Below, piece after piece: positions 13,988 to 25,693 of a stretch of DNA of 64,000 bases. The stretch's first letter is position 1, and each line of letters begins with the position of its first letter. The notes under the pieces are model-generated. The model was not told where the DNA came from and searched no databases. It was given only the letters and a program-made list of their open reading frames with translations. The position numbers were made by a program, and so were the translations under genes. The stretch comes from Raillietiella orientalis (lineage: Eukaryota): contig JAYWIR010000006.1 of NCBI GenBank assembly GCA_036172245.1, positions 2,294,001 through 2,358,000 on the forward strand, in the 5' to 3' direction.

Positions 13988-16067
13988 ATGTGGTCCCTCG
14001 CTGCTGGCAACATGCGCCGCCCCCCGTGCGGTTGGGGAATGCTGAAGAATTTGAAAAAGCTCCCCGGTGAAGCCTTCTGTGCTTCTTCCTGCCTGCGAAA
14101 TCGTTCCTTCAGGCGAAGAAGCACCGAAGCTGGCTCTGTGGCTCGTGTGCCTCTGGATGTGCCACGTTTAACCCGCCGAAAGAAGCGAAATCTCACACAA
14201 CACGTTGGCAGCCTCGCAGCACCGTTCAGCCGCTTTTCAACCGATTTTCCGTGAATCGACCAAAATGGTCATCCGCCCCGGAAAATAAATTCCGCTTTCG
14301 TTCGGAAATGCCAAACTCTGGACGCGAAAAATTAAATACCGAATAAAATTGCAGATTTCTCAGACGGGTTCGTACGAAGGTGCATTTTTTTTTTTTTTTT
14401 TTTTTTTTTCTTGGGGTACGAAAGGCTGTGAGCCATTTTGGCTGTCATCTAAGCGTCATGCACGTTTCTCGCTCAAAGTTTCGTATTGCTAATTGCCTGC
14501 GCAGCTCAATACTGCGTTTCGAGCGCTCAGGCGTTTGGTTGCTTGGGGACCGCGCGATGCAAGAAGCAAAACTCCTTGCAGGAACCACACCTCCCACTGC
14601 AAGCGCACCTTCCTTGGGAACAAACGTTGCAGGCATGGAGCAAGGAAGAGCACGCGTGCCTTCTTTCCCCCCCCCCCTCACCCCTCCCCCTTCCTTTCAC
14701 AAGAGTAGCCAACAAGCACTCAGCAGCGGTGCTTCCGATTTTTCAATCGGAATTTGGCGCCCAAAGTAACGGACGGGAATGGACGAGGGGCAGGGGAAAA
14801 TCGTTCTACGGGTTTCCTGTGCGACCAGAAGTCGTTCAAAGTGTGGCAACCAAGGGTGAGGTTGGTGGTTTGTGGTCGTCCAGGACGAAATCTTTGCGCT
14901 CCGGTTCTGATGCCCCGTGCACCCACCCGGAGGTGGTGCTCTCGACGAGAGGCAGGTGCGCGGAACCCTTCCTCTCCTGAGGGCTTGTGGCGGCCCACCA
15001 CGGTGGCCGGATGAAGGCTCCGGTCGGCGGAACGGCTCGGTGCACCGTGCCACACGTCCAGAGTGCACGCGAGGGCTCCCTCTGCCTGGTGGACCAGGTT
15101 GCGGTTCGTTCCTGGGCTTCGCAGTTTTCTTGGATTACGGGAAGCGGGGAACTCTGGCCAGCATCTGCTGCTTTGGCGTGTGGCACCCGGGTGCGTGCGT
15201 TCTCGGGAACTCCTCTCGTGCCTTTCCGTCAACGGGAAGCTCCCGAACACACTAATTAATGCACTGACGTTTAATATTTGAACGGATTGAATGAATTCGT
15301 GTCGGTGCACCGCTTTGCTCAAATATTTATCCTCTAGTACGTATGGATGAATTCCCGAATGCTCGGAACACTTCTTCTTCTGCCGAATTCATTCGGGAAG
15401 CGGCAAAAGCAATTGCATAAGGAGCAGTAAAATGTTGAGCAGGAAAGGCATTCTTACAAAAAGGCAGAGATCACCATGGGGATGCCGCAGGGATTTGTTA
15501 TAGAGCACAGGCGTCGGTCTCGACGCATGAATTTGTGTACCACATTAGTACAAGGGAAAGAAGAAGGGGGGGGGGAAGCTGGATTAAAATTACTTGATGT
15601 TTGAAATCATTTTTTTTCTTCTCTCTCTCTTAAGGAATACGCACGTTTCACGAACACTGCAGTGTTGCGGTGAAATTCTTTGTATTGAATCTTCAGCGAA
15701 ATCTATGTTGATGTTGTCATGGTAACAAACTGTAATAACAAATGTCGCGTGCTATCTTCAGGTGAGGCAAAGGCAGCATTTTGAAAGAGAGGCAAAGAGG
15801 GAGAAGAGGAAGAAGAAGAGGGAAAAAAAAGGAAAAAAAATTAAGAGGTTGCTGCATTTGTGAACATGAACTGGTGATCCGATTGTGCTTGTGATGGTGA
15901 ATTCGGTGGAATGTGTGATCCATAAGATCTAAAAGAAGCCTTGTGACGTTCAGGTTGTAAATGTTTCACCACCGCATGACAGGAAAAAGGGGGGGGGGGA
16001 GGGGAGGGGGAGGAAAGAAAGAAAGAAAAAAAAAAAAAACAGTTTGCAGATGAAAAGCAAGTAAAAA

Positions 16068-16110
<43 letters not shown>

Positions 16111-18086
16111 GTGAGGCCATTTTCAAGTAGCTAGCTGTGATTCCTTCCTTTTGACGTTAATTGTCTTTAAGCTTCACGTGCAGATGCAGTTGATCCACCT
16201 TACAGTTGTGCCACCGATACAGTTTTTTCTTTTCTTTTCTTTTTAGTAATACAAGTTGTTGCCTTCGAAGGAATCGCGCATGGGAATTCATACCACCTCA
16301 GTGAATTCATACCTCCCCCCCCCCCCAATAAAGCATTTCGATTCTATAGAACAAAGGTTAGAGTCTTTGTTATGGAAGTCTTTGTTGCAAAAGGTGGTCA
16401 GTCAGTTTATCGGTGTGTCACATTGATAAGGTGGCAATTGGTAGGTCGTTTTTCGTGCCCTGCCCGTGTGTTTCACTGATGGTGGTGTACGTGAAATGAA
16501 CGTAAGCAGATTCCCATGTCCAGCCTTTTTTTTTTTTTTTTCCTTTTCTTCCTTTTCCTTCTTTCTTTCCCCTCCTCCTTCCTCCCGTCACGTCACCCTC
16601 CGGATCGGTTTTAAAATGTTTCGACCGGTGTTTGTTTGTCTGTTTGTTTTTTCTAAAGATGCGTATGCAAATCAACCTCCTCCTCCTCCCCCCTTTCCCC
16701 CCCCCCATTTAACCCACTTAATTGGTCATCCATTTGTTTGTTCGGCAGGTCCTGCAAGGGCTGCAGCGCTGCAGAAAAGGCGTGAAATTTCCGACTGATA
16801 TATATACATATGTATTTTTTTTCTTCTTCGAAACGTTCGAAACCTCTCGTGGTCGAGTTTGTTCAATTCGATTCTGTCGGTGGTGGTGTTTTTTTTTTTT
16901 TTTTTTTTTTTTTTCCTTTCCCGAATCACGTGTTTCCGGTTTTTTTGCCGAGATGTTTGTGCAGCACATGATGCATGTCTCTGGGCCATGAACTGATATA
17001 AGTGCAAAGCGAGGTGATCGTAAATTCTATAAATTGCAAATCGGACAATTAATAGAGAATTGGGTTGTCATGCTAGCGGATATACTCATGCTGTATCCAA
17101 TAACCCCTTCATACGGTAAGATGCCCGGATAGTGTGAGGAACTCACCAATTCGTATGAGTAAGAATTCCATCAACATCTTTGGGTTTTTTTTTTTTTCTC
17201 TCTCTCTCTCTTTTTAGAATTCGTTTTTTTTTTTTTTTTCTGCTTCCTCCCTCTCCCTCCTCCCTCCCCACTCTGAATTGGTAGCTTAAAAAAAGTTTAT
17301 GAATTTTGTTTTGAAATCGTTCGAAAAGAAAATACGTAAGTAGCTGAAGTGGGGGGGGGGAGGAGGAGGGGGGGGGATTTGTTCGTGTTTTTTGTCTTTG
17401 CAGTTTTCTTCAGTGGGTTTTGGGAAACGGTGCCGTTAATTCGAGTGAAGATTGGGGTGGATGGGGAGGGGGGGTGGGGGTGGGGTCGAAAGAAAGACAA
17501 AAAAAAAATATCTTTTGCTCATCTGTCCCTGTTCCTCTGCCCCTGTGTATCGCCCGCCCAACGTACCTCAGCCGATTTCCTCCTGTACCAAAACCTGCTA
17601 ATGCCGTACCTCGCCAGCGTAAACCGTTTCGTCATCATCATCAGTACATCTTTTTTTCTTCTTTTTTTTTTTTTTTTTAAAAAAAAAAAGAAAAAAGAAA
17701 AAGAAAAAAGAAAGCTGCTGTCTTGTTTGACCAACATGTCATACCTGCCATATTTGCATTCTGTTGTGTCATGTATGCTAAGATGATATGACGGTAGCAT
17801 AGTTGCTAGGATACCAAAGGAAACCAAACGAAGTATCTGTTAATGGTTGCATACACAAACTTCTTCATATTGATTACGGATTTATTCTGTCTTTTGCCTT
17901 TTTCATAGTTGATCAGCATATAGTTTTTGCATGTCCGTTTAGTGAAGCAATTGGTTTATGGTTAATCCTTTAAGAGAAACTGTGTAGAAGGTGCTTATTT
18001 AAGAAAAAGAATTTGAAATTTCCTTTTTTTTTTTTTTTTGTTTGCAACTGCTTCGACATTTCGTAATTGTTTTTGTTCTTCATTAG

Positions 18087-18147
18087 ATGGAAGCAGTCAA
18101 TCAAAAAGTGCAGACTGTTACCATCGTCGATTTACCCGGTAAGCAAG
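18087..18147 (+). CDS. RREB1: RREB1 candidate first coding exon (MEAVNQKVQTVTIVDLP[GKQ])
   Basis: A pyrimidine-rich acceptor (ttgttcttcattAG) directly precedes ATG 18087. Two strong phase-1 donors, G|GTAAGC (18139) and AG|GTGAGT (18148), both match the phase-1 start of the 21921 exon. Inferred from splice signals and frame only. Confidence 0.5.
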
Positions 18148-19574
18148 GTGAGTACGCAGTTTTTTTTTTTTTTTTTTTCCTTTCCTTCTTTCTTTTTTCT
18201 CCTCCCCCTTCTTTTTCCTGTATCTTGGGGCATGCCATGGTGTGTGTGTGATCTCAAACGCTTCCTTCAGATTTTTTCTTTTCTCTTTTAACACTTTTGG
18301 ACACACACACACACAAAAAAAAAAACACTGTTTCTTTCTCTTATTCAAGTGTGGAAATGAGTGATGAGTGTACTGTTAACAGTTGTTTGCACCTTTTTAT
18401 TTCTGATTTTTTTCTTTCATAGTTACCGAGCTATGTGTACATTTTTTTTTTTTTTTTTTTTGTTTTGAAAAAAGGACAAAAGAAACAAAAAGGTTAAGAA
18501 CTTGTGCTTTGCTTCCTCGAAACTCTCATTTTAAATTAAGGAATTGATTCGCGACTAAAACGGAAACTTGAAACTTGTAGTTGACATGTGTAAACCGTTA
18601 GTCGCGCTGGCTGAGGCACCTGGCAGTCACCCCCCGTTGCCGCCGCAGGCCATCGGGTCCTGCCTGCCTCTTCCTGGAGCTGCTGCACATCCTTCGAGCG
18701 GAGCATTAGGCCCCCCCCCCACACACACACACCATCTCCCTCCTCGGTTTCGATGTTTTCTCCATACAGTCGGGCGTCGGATCATCCACGCCCTCCCCCC
18801 CCCCCTTCCCGTTTTCGGATGCGTACGGAGGCCATCTCGGTCCCGCAGGCTTGCGACCCAGTTTGGCTGGACGTTGGTCACCACGCTGTCCGAAACGGGA
18901 TCTCGGACTCGGCCGGTGTGGCTCCATGAAGAGCTTTCCGGATGCATTCGGGCCCACTTCGACCGGCCACTAATAGGAAGCTGTCTTGTTAGATCACCCG
19001 TCCCGTCGCACAATCTCATCCTATGCCATAATCATCATGCATTACCGTTTTTTTTTTTTTTTTTTTTTTCTTTAGATTTTCAAGCTTGGTAAAAGATCCA
19101 AATCTCACTCTGTGTGGCGTAAACTTTGGGCTTGATGTGTTTCTCTCGTTTAAGCAAAGAGGCAACGTACACACCAGTGTGTACTCGCCATGTGGTACGA
19201 CACTCGCGAGGCGTGTGCATTGGTCAGGACAAACGTTCTCTATGTTTACTGTACGTTCAGAGGCGTGTGCATATGTAGCATGTGTGGTCACACTTTTCAC
19301 TTTTCATATACGATGCATTATCTTCACCGCAGTGGTGTTCAGATTACGTGTGCGATCCTTATGCTTGATAATTATTCCAAAGGTCCATTGACCTGTAACA
19401 AGACTAATGAGATGTAAGGAAACACAGTAGTTGTACTGATTCAGTGTGCCTTCAGGTAAGTACAGAAGTGGCAACACTGTAGAGACGGTACCCGTTGGGC
19501 CCTGCTGACGAGTATTGAACCCTGGGAGTCCGTTCCGACCTAAAAGAAAACACGGGGAACGACATTGCTTCAAG

Positions 19575-19578
<4 letters not shown>

Positions 19579-19640
<62 letters not shown>
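19579..19640. repeat. (CT)n microsatellite in the inferred RREB1 intron
   Basis: About 31 perfect CT units. Confidence 0.95.
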
Positions 19641-19645
<5 letters not shown>

Positions 19646-20020
19646 CTCCCCCCCCCTCCCCCCGTGATAAATTTGAATGGCGCTGCGTCGGTGGTGCAGA
19701 GGGTGTGGGTTCTTCACTATCTGCCTTCCGTGGAAGTCATTCCCGTGCGTTCCAAGTGTGTCTTTCTGGTAGCGAGGGTCAAAATATTGCAGCTGAAACG
19801 ATTTCCTCTTGTAAATTTCCTTGTCCTGGAATTGAGGTTGTACCGAGGTGGCCGTAGAGAGGACCCCTCCAGGACCTCTCCGTTTTTGAAGCAAGCAAGC
19901 GCATGTGTGCATTATCTAATGAGGAATCGAAAATGGAAATTACGTAGCGTATCCTTGAGGTGTAGCACTAGCTGGGAAAAATTCTGAATTTCGAATGCAG
20001 GTTGACTCGGATGCATGCAT

Positions 20021-20021
<1 letters not shown>

Positions 20022-20067
<46 letters not shown>
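20022..20067. repeat. Poly-T homopolymer (~46 nt)
   Basis: Directly visible in the sequence. Confidence 0.95.
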
Positions 20068-20070
<3 letters not shown>

Positions 20071-20949
20071 AAGATCATCCCTCCCCCTTCCTTTTTTTCC
20101 AAGGTGGTTTCCAAAGCACATATCGATCATCGAGGAAGAACAACGTATTTGTAATGCATGCGTGAAGAACAAGAGAGTGTTGTGTGCATCTTGTGGATGG
20201 GGGATGTGCCATGGGGTCGCCGTGCACAGTTGCAGACGACGAATCTCGTGAAATGCGCGCACTGTATGATTTGGCTGCAGTTTTCGGTTGCCGTCGATCA
20301 CTCTGCTCGGCCGAGCCGTGGTTGCATGCGGTAGAAAGTAATATCCAGGATTCCAAAATTCCAGAATTGCAATCGCAAGGATTCCGAAATCGCTTCCAAG
20401 AGCTCTTCCAGGGCTGTCCTCTCGTGCCCACGTGCCGCGCCGCCTTCCCAAGAAGCAAAACAGCATCGATTCAGTGCTGCAGACCATCCACCCTTCCCTC
20501 CCCCCCCTCTTTTCGCCACCGTTGGGATCCGACGTGCGTGAATCGCTAATGGGTCGTTGATGGAAGTAGACTGCATGAAATGTCATCCCCCTAGGCGCGG
20601 ATCGTTCTCTCAGCGGTTTCGCATAGAAGGGCGTTCGTACCCCGTGCTACGGATTCGCCCGATCTTGCGCGCAGCATGACCTTCACCTAGGTAACGAGCT
20701 CATCTGGTTATAAGTGTCGATTCAGCAGACGATTATTTGGTAGAAGGTTTCCATGTGACGGATACACATCCGTAATCTCCCGTTGAAGACGCTCCGGTAT
20801 TTGAAGGAAAAAAAAAAAAAAAAAAAACGAGCGCTTTACTTTGTGCGTCGGTAAGAAGTCGGAATTGGTCATGCAGCTCGGTGTGTGAGGTCATCGCCGG
20901 TCAAGTGCCACTTTGCTCTTCCAGTCCAATTCGAGTGGTGATGGGTGCG

Positions 20950-21220
20950 TTTGTATTTTTGCGTTGGGGGGCTTAAGTACGTTTAGAGGTGGAAGAATGT
21001 TTTTCTGGGGAGCGTGTTGTGCACATTTATTTTATTTTTTCATAAAGAGAAGGGTCGACGGGAAAGGGATGTGCAAAAGCGTTCGGATGATTGACGATCA
21101 AATTGCATTGCGCCTTCTGCGTAAACACTTTGAATTAACGTACCAATTAGTCCAATGCAGTCCAAGAGTTCACCGGCAGACAGCTTCCGGAGATCTGTTT
21201 AAGGAGGGTTTTTTTCCCCA
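20950..21220 (+). mobile_element. Small RTE-like RT relic inside the inferred RREB1 intron
   Basis: SVRMIDDQIALRLLRKHFELTYQL resembles RSTxDQIFxLRxxxEKxxExxxxL of RTE RT. Confidence 0.3.
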
Positions 21221-21920
21221 TCATTCTTTGTGTGTGTGTGTTTTCGAGATGAGGGGATTTCGAAGGATTTGTCCGAGCTTTTTTATCGATTTGGTGCTGT
21301 GTGCGGTCCTCAAGCGCCCCCCCCCCTCCCCCGTTTTCCCGCGTTCGACTCTCACGTGATGGCTGGGCTGAGAGTCTTTGGGCCGATACCCCAGGAACAC
21401 CCTCAGGTGGCTGCTGCTGCTGCTGGTGCGGTCGAGCGCGTCCGCCCTCCCCCCCCCCCCCTCGGGGGGATTCCCTATTTCCGGGGGCGCGTGAGGAAGG
21501 GCTCCCCCCTTCCTTCCCGCCATCTTCCGTGGATCTCGTGTGGAACAGTCGAGCCGGTCGAACGTCTGTTGGCATTGTTGCGAGAATGACAATGCGAGAG
21601 AACGGGATAGGATAATAATTGTCGCTGTATCAAGAATGCTCGTTCTTCTCCGCTTCGCGTGAATGTTTAGAATGTTTTTTTTTTCTTTTTCCTTTCCGTT
21701 CCGACCGGGCATTCCTTCCCGAGTGCGCTTGACGACGGTCCCCCGAAAAAGGGAAAGGCCCCCGGGGTTCCTTCCTCCCCCCCCCCCCCCCCCCATGTAA
21801 ATTTCCTCCTCGCCGGATGCGTGGTGGTGGTGGTGGTGGTGATGCTTGTTGTTGTTGCCCCTGTTCGCGCGAGACGAGAGCGAAATTCACCTGTGTCTTC
21901 TGTACATGTTGCGTTTTCAG

Positions 21921-22093
21921 TATCAGACATCGAAAAGAGTTTGTATGAATCCGATATTAGCGACTCCGATACGTGTTCGCTGATTATCAGTAGTCCGTTG
22001 GATTCCCCCGTGTCTTCAGAGAAGGATTTTTCAAACTCCGACAGCGAAGTAAGATCCCAGAAGATGAGGAAGAAGGATCCTTCCGTTCGAAAG
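21921..22093 (+). CDS. RREB1: RREB1 inferred upstream coding exon (Ser/Asp-rich, SDIEKSLYESDISDSD...DPSVRK)
   Basis: Acceptor gcgttttcAG ends at 21920 and donor AAG|GTAAGA starts at 22094. The frame is open, and the phase-0 junction joins the main exon in frame across a 74-nt intron (22094-22167) that contains a ctgat branch-like motif. Confidence 0.7.
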
Positions 22094-22167
22094 GTAAGAG
22101 GAGAAAAAAAAAAAAAAAAAAACCTTGATGCACTTGACCATGAAACTGATTTTTTTGGTAAATTCAG

Positions 22168-25100
22168 CTTTGCATTGCCTCCAGCAGAATGGCCGACCTT
22201 TCCGAAAAGCAGCCATTCCAGTGTAACGAGTGTGGCAAAACACTAAGCTCGCCCAGTTCCTTAGAGAGACACAGTTTAGTGCATTCCGGGCGACGCCCCT
22301 TCTGTTGCGACGTCTGCGGCGTGACATTCACAACGAATGGGAATATGCACAGACATATGCGCACGCACAGCGCATCCTCGAGCTTTTCCGAAAAGCGGCG
22401 ATCGGTCAGCGATTCCGAGTGCCCCGCGCCCAAGAAAAGGGAGCAGGTGCGCTCCCATTCCGAAGACGCCAAGGACCTCGCCGACATACGCAGCATCCTG
22501 AAAGTCACCGGGACGACCCCCCTCTTCATGCAGCTCGTGGAGGGGAGCGGTTCCAACCTCAGGCAGAGAAGGATACGGGGAGAATTCCCGTGCCGGCTGT
22601 GCTCGCTCGTTTTCCCAAACCTCAGAGCCTTGAAAGGCCACAGCCGTACTCACCTGCAGCTCGCACCTTTCAAGTGCAGTCTGTGTTCGTTCAGCTCTTC
22701 GGAAAAGAGTACTCTGATGCGCCACTTGCGCTCGCATAATGGTGATAGACCTTTCGAGTGTAACATATGTCATTATGTGTTCACAACCAAAGCCAACTGC
22801 GAAAGACATTTGCGTAATCGGCATGGTAAACTTACAAGGGATGACATACGCACCAGCATGATTGTGCCTAATGGCACACTGCGTCACTCAGAATGTACGT
22901 CAAATACAGATCATTCATCCCCAGTTTCCTTTCGTCCGTTTCGCTGCCGTTTGTGTAAGCAGCGGTTCTCGTCACGAAACAGCATAACCCGTCATGTTTT
23001 GCGTCGACATCCCACTCTCGGCACGCATTCCCTAATAAAAGAAATGAGTGTTCTCCAGAACGATTCGCCGACTTACGGTGATATCATAATTAAAAGAGAA
23101 GCCGAACTGTCGACTCCATCGGAATCTTCTGGCATACAGCTTGAAGACCAGGACATTCACGATTCCGGCTATCAGTCGCAGATCGTTTACGATGATACCA
23201 GAATGCAGGATGAACCGTTAGATCTCAGAACTACCAACGAAATCGAATTTCCCCTAGATCTGAGTGTCAAGAAATCGGAAGCTCCTTGGTACTCTCCTCT
23301 GAAAATCCGTGATCCCATTCTGAATTCGGTCCTCCCTCCTTCCGATGGCTGCAGTTTGAAGTCGTCCCCCTTCTTCAATCCAGCATGTTCGGCGTATCCG
23401 CCGCTGTTTGCATCCCCCCCCTGTTTTCCGCAGCCTGCAGCAAGCAAGAGTGACCCGAACCTGTTCCAGTCGGATGTTGTGCGCGCCCAGCTGGTAGCCC
23501 TGTACGCCAGCAAGACCCTCTTTGAGGAAAACCAGCTCCCCAACCGATCCCCATCCAGCGGATGCTCGCAAGATAGCAGCAAAGAGAACTCCCCCACAGT
23601 ATTAAACCAGATTTCCAGTACGCCAGTGGACTCTTACAAGTGCCGACCGAAGCAACGTCGGTACCGTACGGAACGGCCATTCGAGTGCAGCCACTGTACA
23701 GCCCGCTTCACGTTGCGTTCCAACATGGATCGCCACGTGAAGCAGCAGCATCCGCAGCATTGGCGTCAGCGTCCCAGAGGCGGCCGTCGGAACCCTTTAA
23801 TCGCAGTCACCCTACCCAATGACACTTCGTTCGAATTGGCAGAGCCCGAAGAGAAAAAGGTGCCTCTTAACGAGGAAAATGTGACTGAAAGTGAATCGTG
23901 TCTAACGCATGTAGCGGGTGCAACCGTCAAGGAAGAATACTCTCCGCAGTCTCCGGCAGATCACGAAAACACGATGCCTTTGCAACCTGTAGAGTCGTCC
24001 ATTTCCCAGCGGATAGCGGAAGAAGAGAAAAAGACTGCGGACTTAGCAAGTGTTTCCAGACTTATTGATAACGCGTCGTGCACTCCAGACTTTCGACGGT
24101 ATTTCAGTACTGCGGAAGAAGAAGACTGCCTGGACAGTGGTCACGAAAGTGTAAGCGAAAGTTCATTAAGTTCAGAATTGCGGAAACGCAGTGCTTATTC
24201 TTCTGCACCCCATCGAGTATCTTGCCCGTTCTGTTTTCGCCAGTTTCCGTGGTCCAGTTCGCTACGACGTCATGTTTTGACACACACAGGGCAAAAACCA
24301 TACAAGTGCCCGCAGTGCCCACTTTGGTTTACTACCAAATCCAATTGTGAACGCCATTTAGTTAGAAAACACGGAACTGCTTACAATGTGAACGCAATTA
24401 ATTCTTGTCATGCTAGTGAACAGGCGCTGAAATGTGCTCAGTATCCAAATTCTTTGGCAGCATCGAGTCTTTCGAAAAAAAACAGTGCAATGAAAAGTTC
24501 CGAAAGTAATTGCATTGATGAGGAAGAGGAAGAAGTAACTGCTCCCGATTCGGATTGCGCACTGCTGTGTCGGAAGTGTGGTCAGTGTCTCCCGTCGCTG
24601 GATGCTTTGAATCAGCACGTGGACATCCAGCACGGGGATCTGCCGTTCAAGTGCCATTTGTGCGAGAGCAGCCACTCGGAACGCGGCCAAGCTCTGGAGC
24701 ACCTGAGGGAGCGCCACTCCAGTGAATACGAAGCTTTGATATCGAAGGGAGCTCTCGCAGACGAAGAGCCACCCCCTTCGGAGCCCTCGGAGCCGTCCGA
24801 CACGGGGAAGCTCTTCTGCTACGGGAACCGCAAGGTGACCTGCGTCTTCTGCCTGCGGAGGTTCTGGTCGGCGGAGGATTTGCGCAGGCACATGAGAACG
24901 CACACGGGGGAGCGACCGTTTTCATGTGATATATGCGATCGCAGGTTTACTCTTAAGCACAGCATGCTGCGCCACAAGAAGAAGCACATCTCCCGGCTGT
25001 CGGACGGCGAGAAGCTATCCGGGAACGAGGAAGGATCCTGCGACGAAGACGAAGAGTTCTCCAACGTGGAGCAGCCGAACGTTCCATCAGATGAAACGAT

Positions 25101-25242
25101 CAAGTCGGAACCCGAAAGTCAGAACTCGAGCAACCTCATAAGTAACCTCTTGGGCATCCAAGACTCGGCGCTTATCGATAAAGTTTTGATCTCCAAGTGC
25201 GCGAACGACGCAGCAAAATTGTTAGGTATGAATGGTAACTGA
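22168..25242 (+). CDS. RREB1: RREB1 / hindsight (pebbled)-like multi-C2H2 zinc-finger transcription factor, main (last) coding exon
   Basis: The ORF 22189-25242 (1017 aa) has 13 intact C2H2 fingers with RREB1/Hnt-typical sequences: LSSPSSLERHSLVHSG, FTTNGNMHRHMRTH, FTTKANCERHLRNRH, FPWSSSLRRHVLTHTGQKP, FWSAEDLRRHMRTHTGERPF. It also has DLADIRSIL, DLASVSRLIDNAS and a C-terminal LISNLLGIQD motif. The exon start is placed at the acceptor aattcAG (AG ends 22167), which is in frame (LCIASSR-MADL...). Stop TGA is at 25240-25242. Confidence 0.95.
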   Translation, partial: LCIASSRMADLSEKQPFQCNECGKTLSSPSSLERHSLVHSGRRPFCCDVCGVTFTTNGNMHRHMRTHSASSSFSEKRRSVSDSECPAPKKREQVRSHSEDAKDLADIRSILKVTGTTPLFMQLVEGSGSNLRQRRIRGEFPCRLCSLVFPNLRALKGHSRTHLQLAPFKCSLCSFSSSEKSTLMRHLRSHNGDRPFECNICHYVFTTKANCERHLRNRHGKLTRDDIRTSMIVPNGTLRHSECTSNTDHSSPVSFRPFRCRLCKQRFSSRNSITRHVLRRHPTLGTHSLIKEMSVLQNDSPTYGDIIIKREAELSTPSESSGIQLEDQDIHDSGYQSQIVYDDTRMQDEPLDLRTTNEIEFPLDLSVKKSEAPWYSPLKIRDPILNSVLPPSDGCSLKSSPFFNPACSAYPPLFASPPCFPQPAASKSDPNLFQSDVVRAQLVALYASKTLFEENQLPNRSPSSGCSQDSSKENSPTVLNQISSTPVDSYKCRPKQRRYRTERPFECSHCTARFTLRSNMDRHVKQQHPQHWRQRPRGGRRNPLIAVTLPNDTSFELAEPEEKKVPLNEENVTESESCLTHVAGATVKEEYSPQSPADHENTMPLQPVESSISQRIAEEEKKTADLASVSRLIDNASCTPDFRRYFSTAEEEDCLDSGHESVSESSLSSELRKRSAYSSAPHRVSCPFCFRQFPWSSSLRRHVLTHTGQKPYKCPQCPLWFTTKSNCERHLVRKHGTAYNVNAINSCHASEQALKCAQYPNSLAASSLSKKNSAMKSSESNCIDEEEEEVTAPDSDCALLCRKCGQCLPSLDALNQHVDIQHGDLPFKCHLCESSHSERGQALEHLRERHSSEYEALISKGALADEEPPPSEPSEPSDTGKLFCYGNRKVTCVFCLRRFWSAEDLRRHMRTHTGERPFSCDICDRRFTLKHSMLRHKKKHISRLSDGEKLSGNEEGSCDEDEEFSNVEQPNVPSDETIKSEPESQNSSNLISNLLGIQDSALIDKVLISKCANDAAKLLGMNGN

Positions 25243-25687
25243 TGCCCCCCCCTCCCCGCCCCCTCCCTCCTGGCACTTGCGTATTCAGCCGGACACCTCA
25301 TTTGCTAACCTTCTGTAGATTCAGGTGTGTGTTGTGTGCAAGTTTTTGGAAAAAAAAAAAAAAAAAAAATTTTTTTCTCTCGATGTGGACCGGTGATTGT
25401 GATTTCTGCTTGCATCGGTGTTGATGATGATTCGCATCCACGTCAACAACATCTGCAGTTGATCGAACCATTGCTCTCAAAGAACCACACTAAAATTTTC
25501 CCACTCGGGAACGAGAACAAAACCAAAGTATGCAGTTAGTTCCTTGATTTCTCGAAATGAAGAAGAAAAACTTAGTTGCCATTTGTTCTTTTGTGATATT
25601 AGTTGTAGTCAGTTTCTGCTCACTTATTTAACGGAATATTTATATGTGATGGCTAAGTCATGCAGAAGTGCTGATTCAACTACAAGA

Positions 25688-25693
25688 AATAAA
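25688..25693 (+). promoter_or_regulatory. Candidate polyadenylation signal of RREB1
   Basis: AATAAA lies ~450 nt after the stop codon, at the end of an AT-rich 3'UTR-like tract. T/GT-rich sequence follows, and composition then returns to GC-rich. Confidence 0.5.

Noticed and set aside
16390..17125. RREB1 core promoter candidates (TCAGTT near 16402, TATAAA near 17028, donor-like GTAAGA near 17116)
   Set aside because: These are short motifs expected by chance, and a TSS cannot be placed without transcript data.
22182..22188. CAGCAG acceptor immediately before RREB1 ATG 22189
   Set aside because: Either AG would put the 21921-22093 exon out of frame. The acceptor ending at 22167 preserves the frame.
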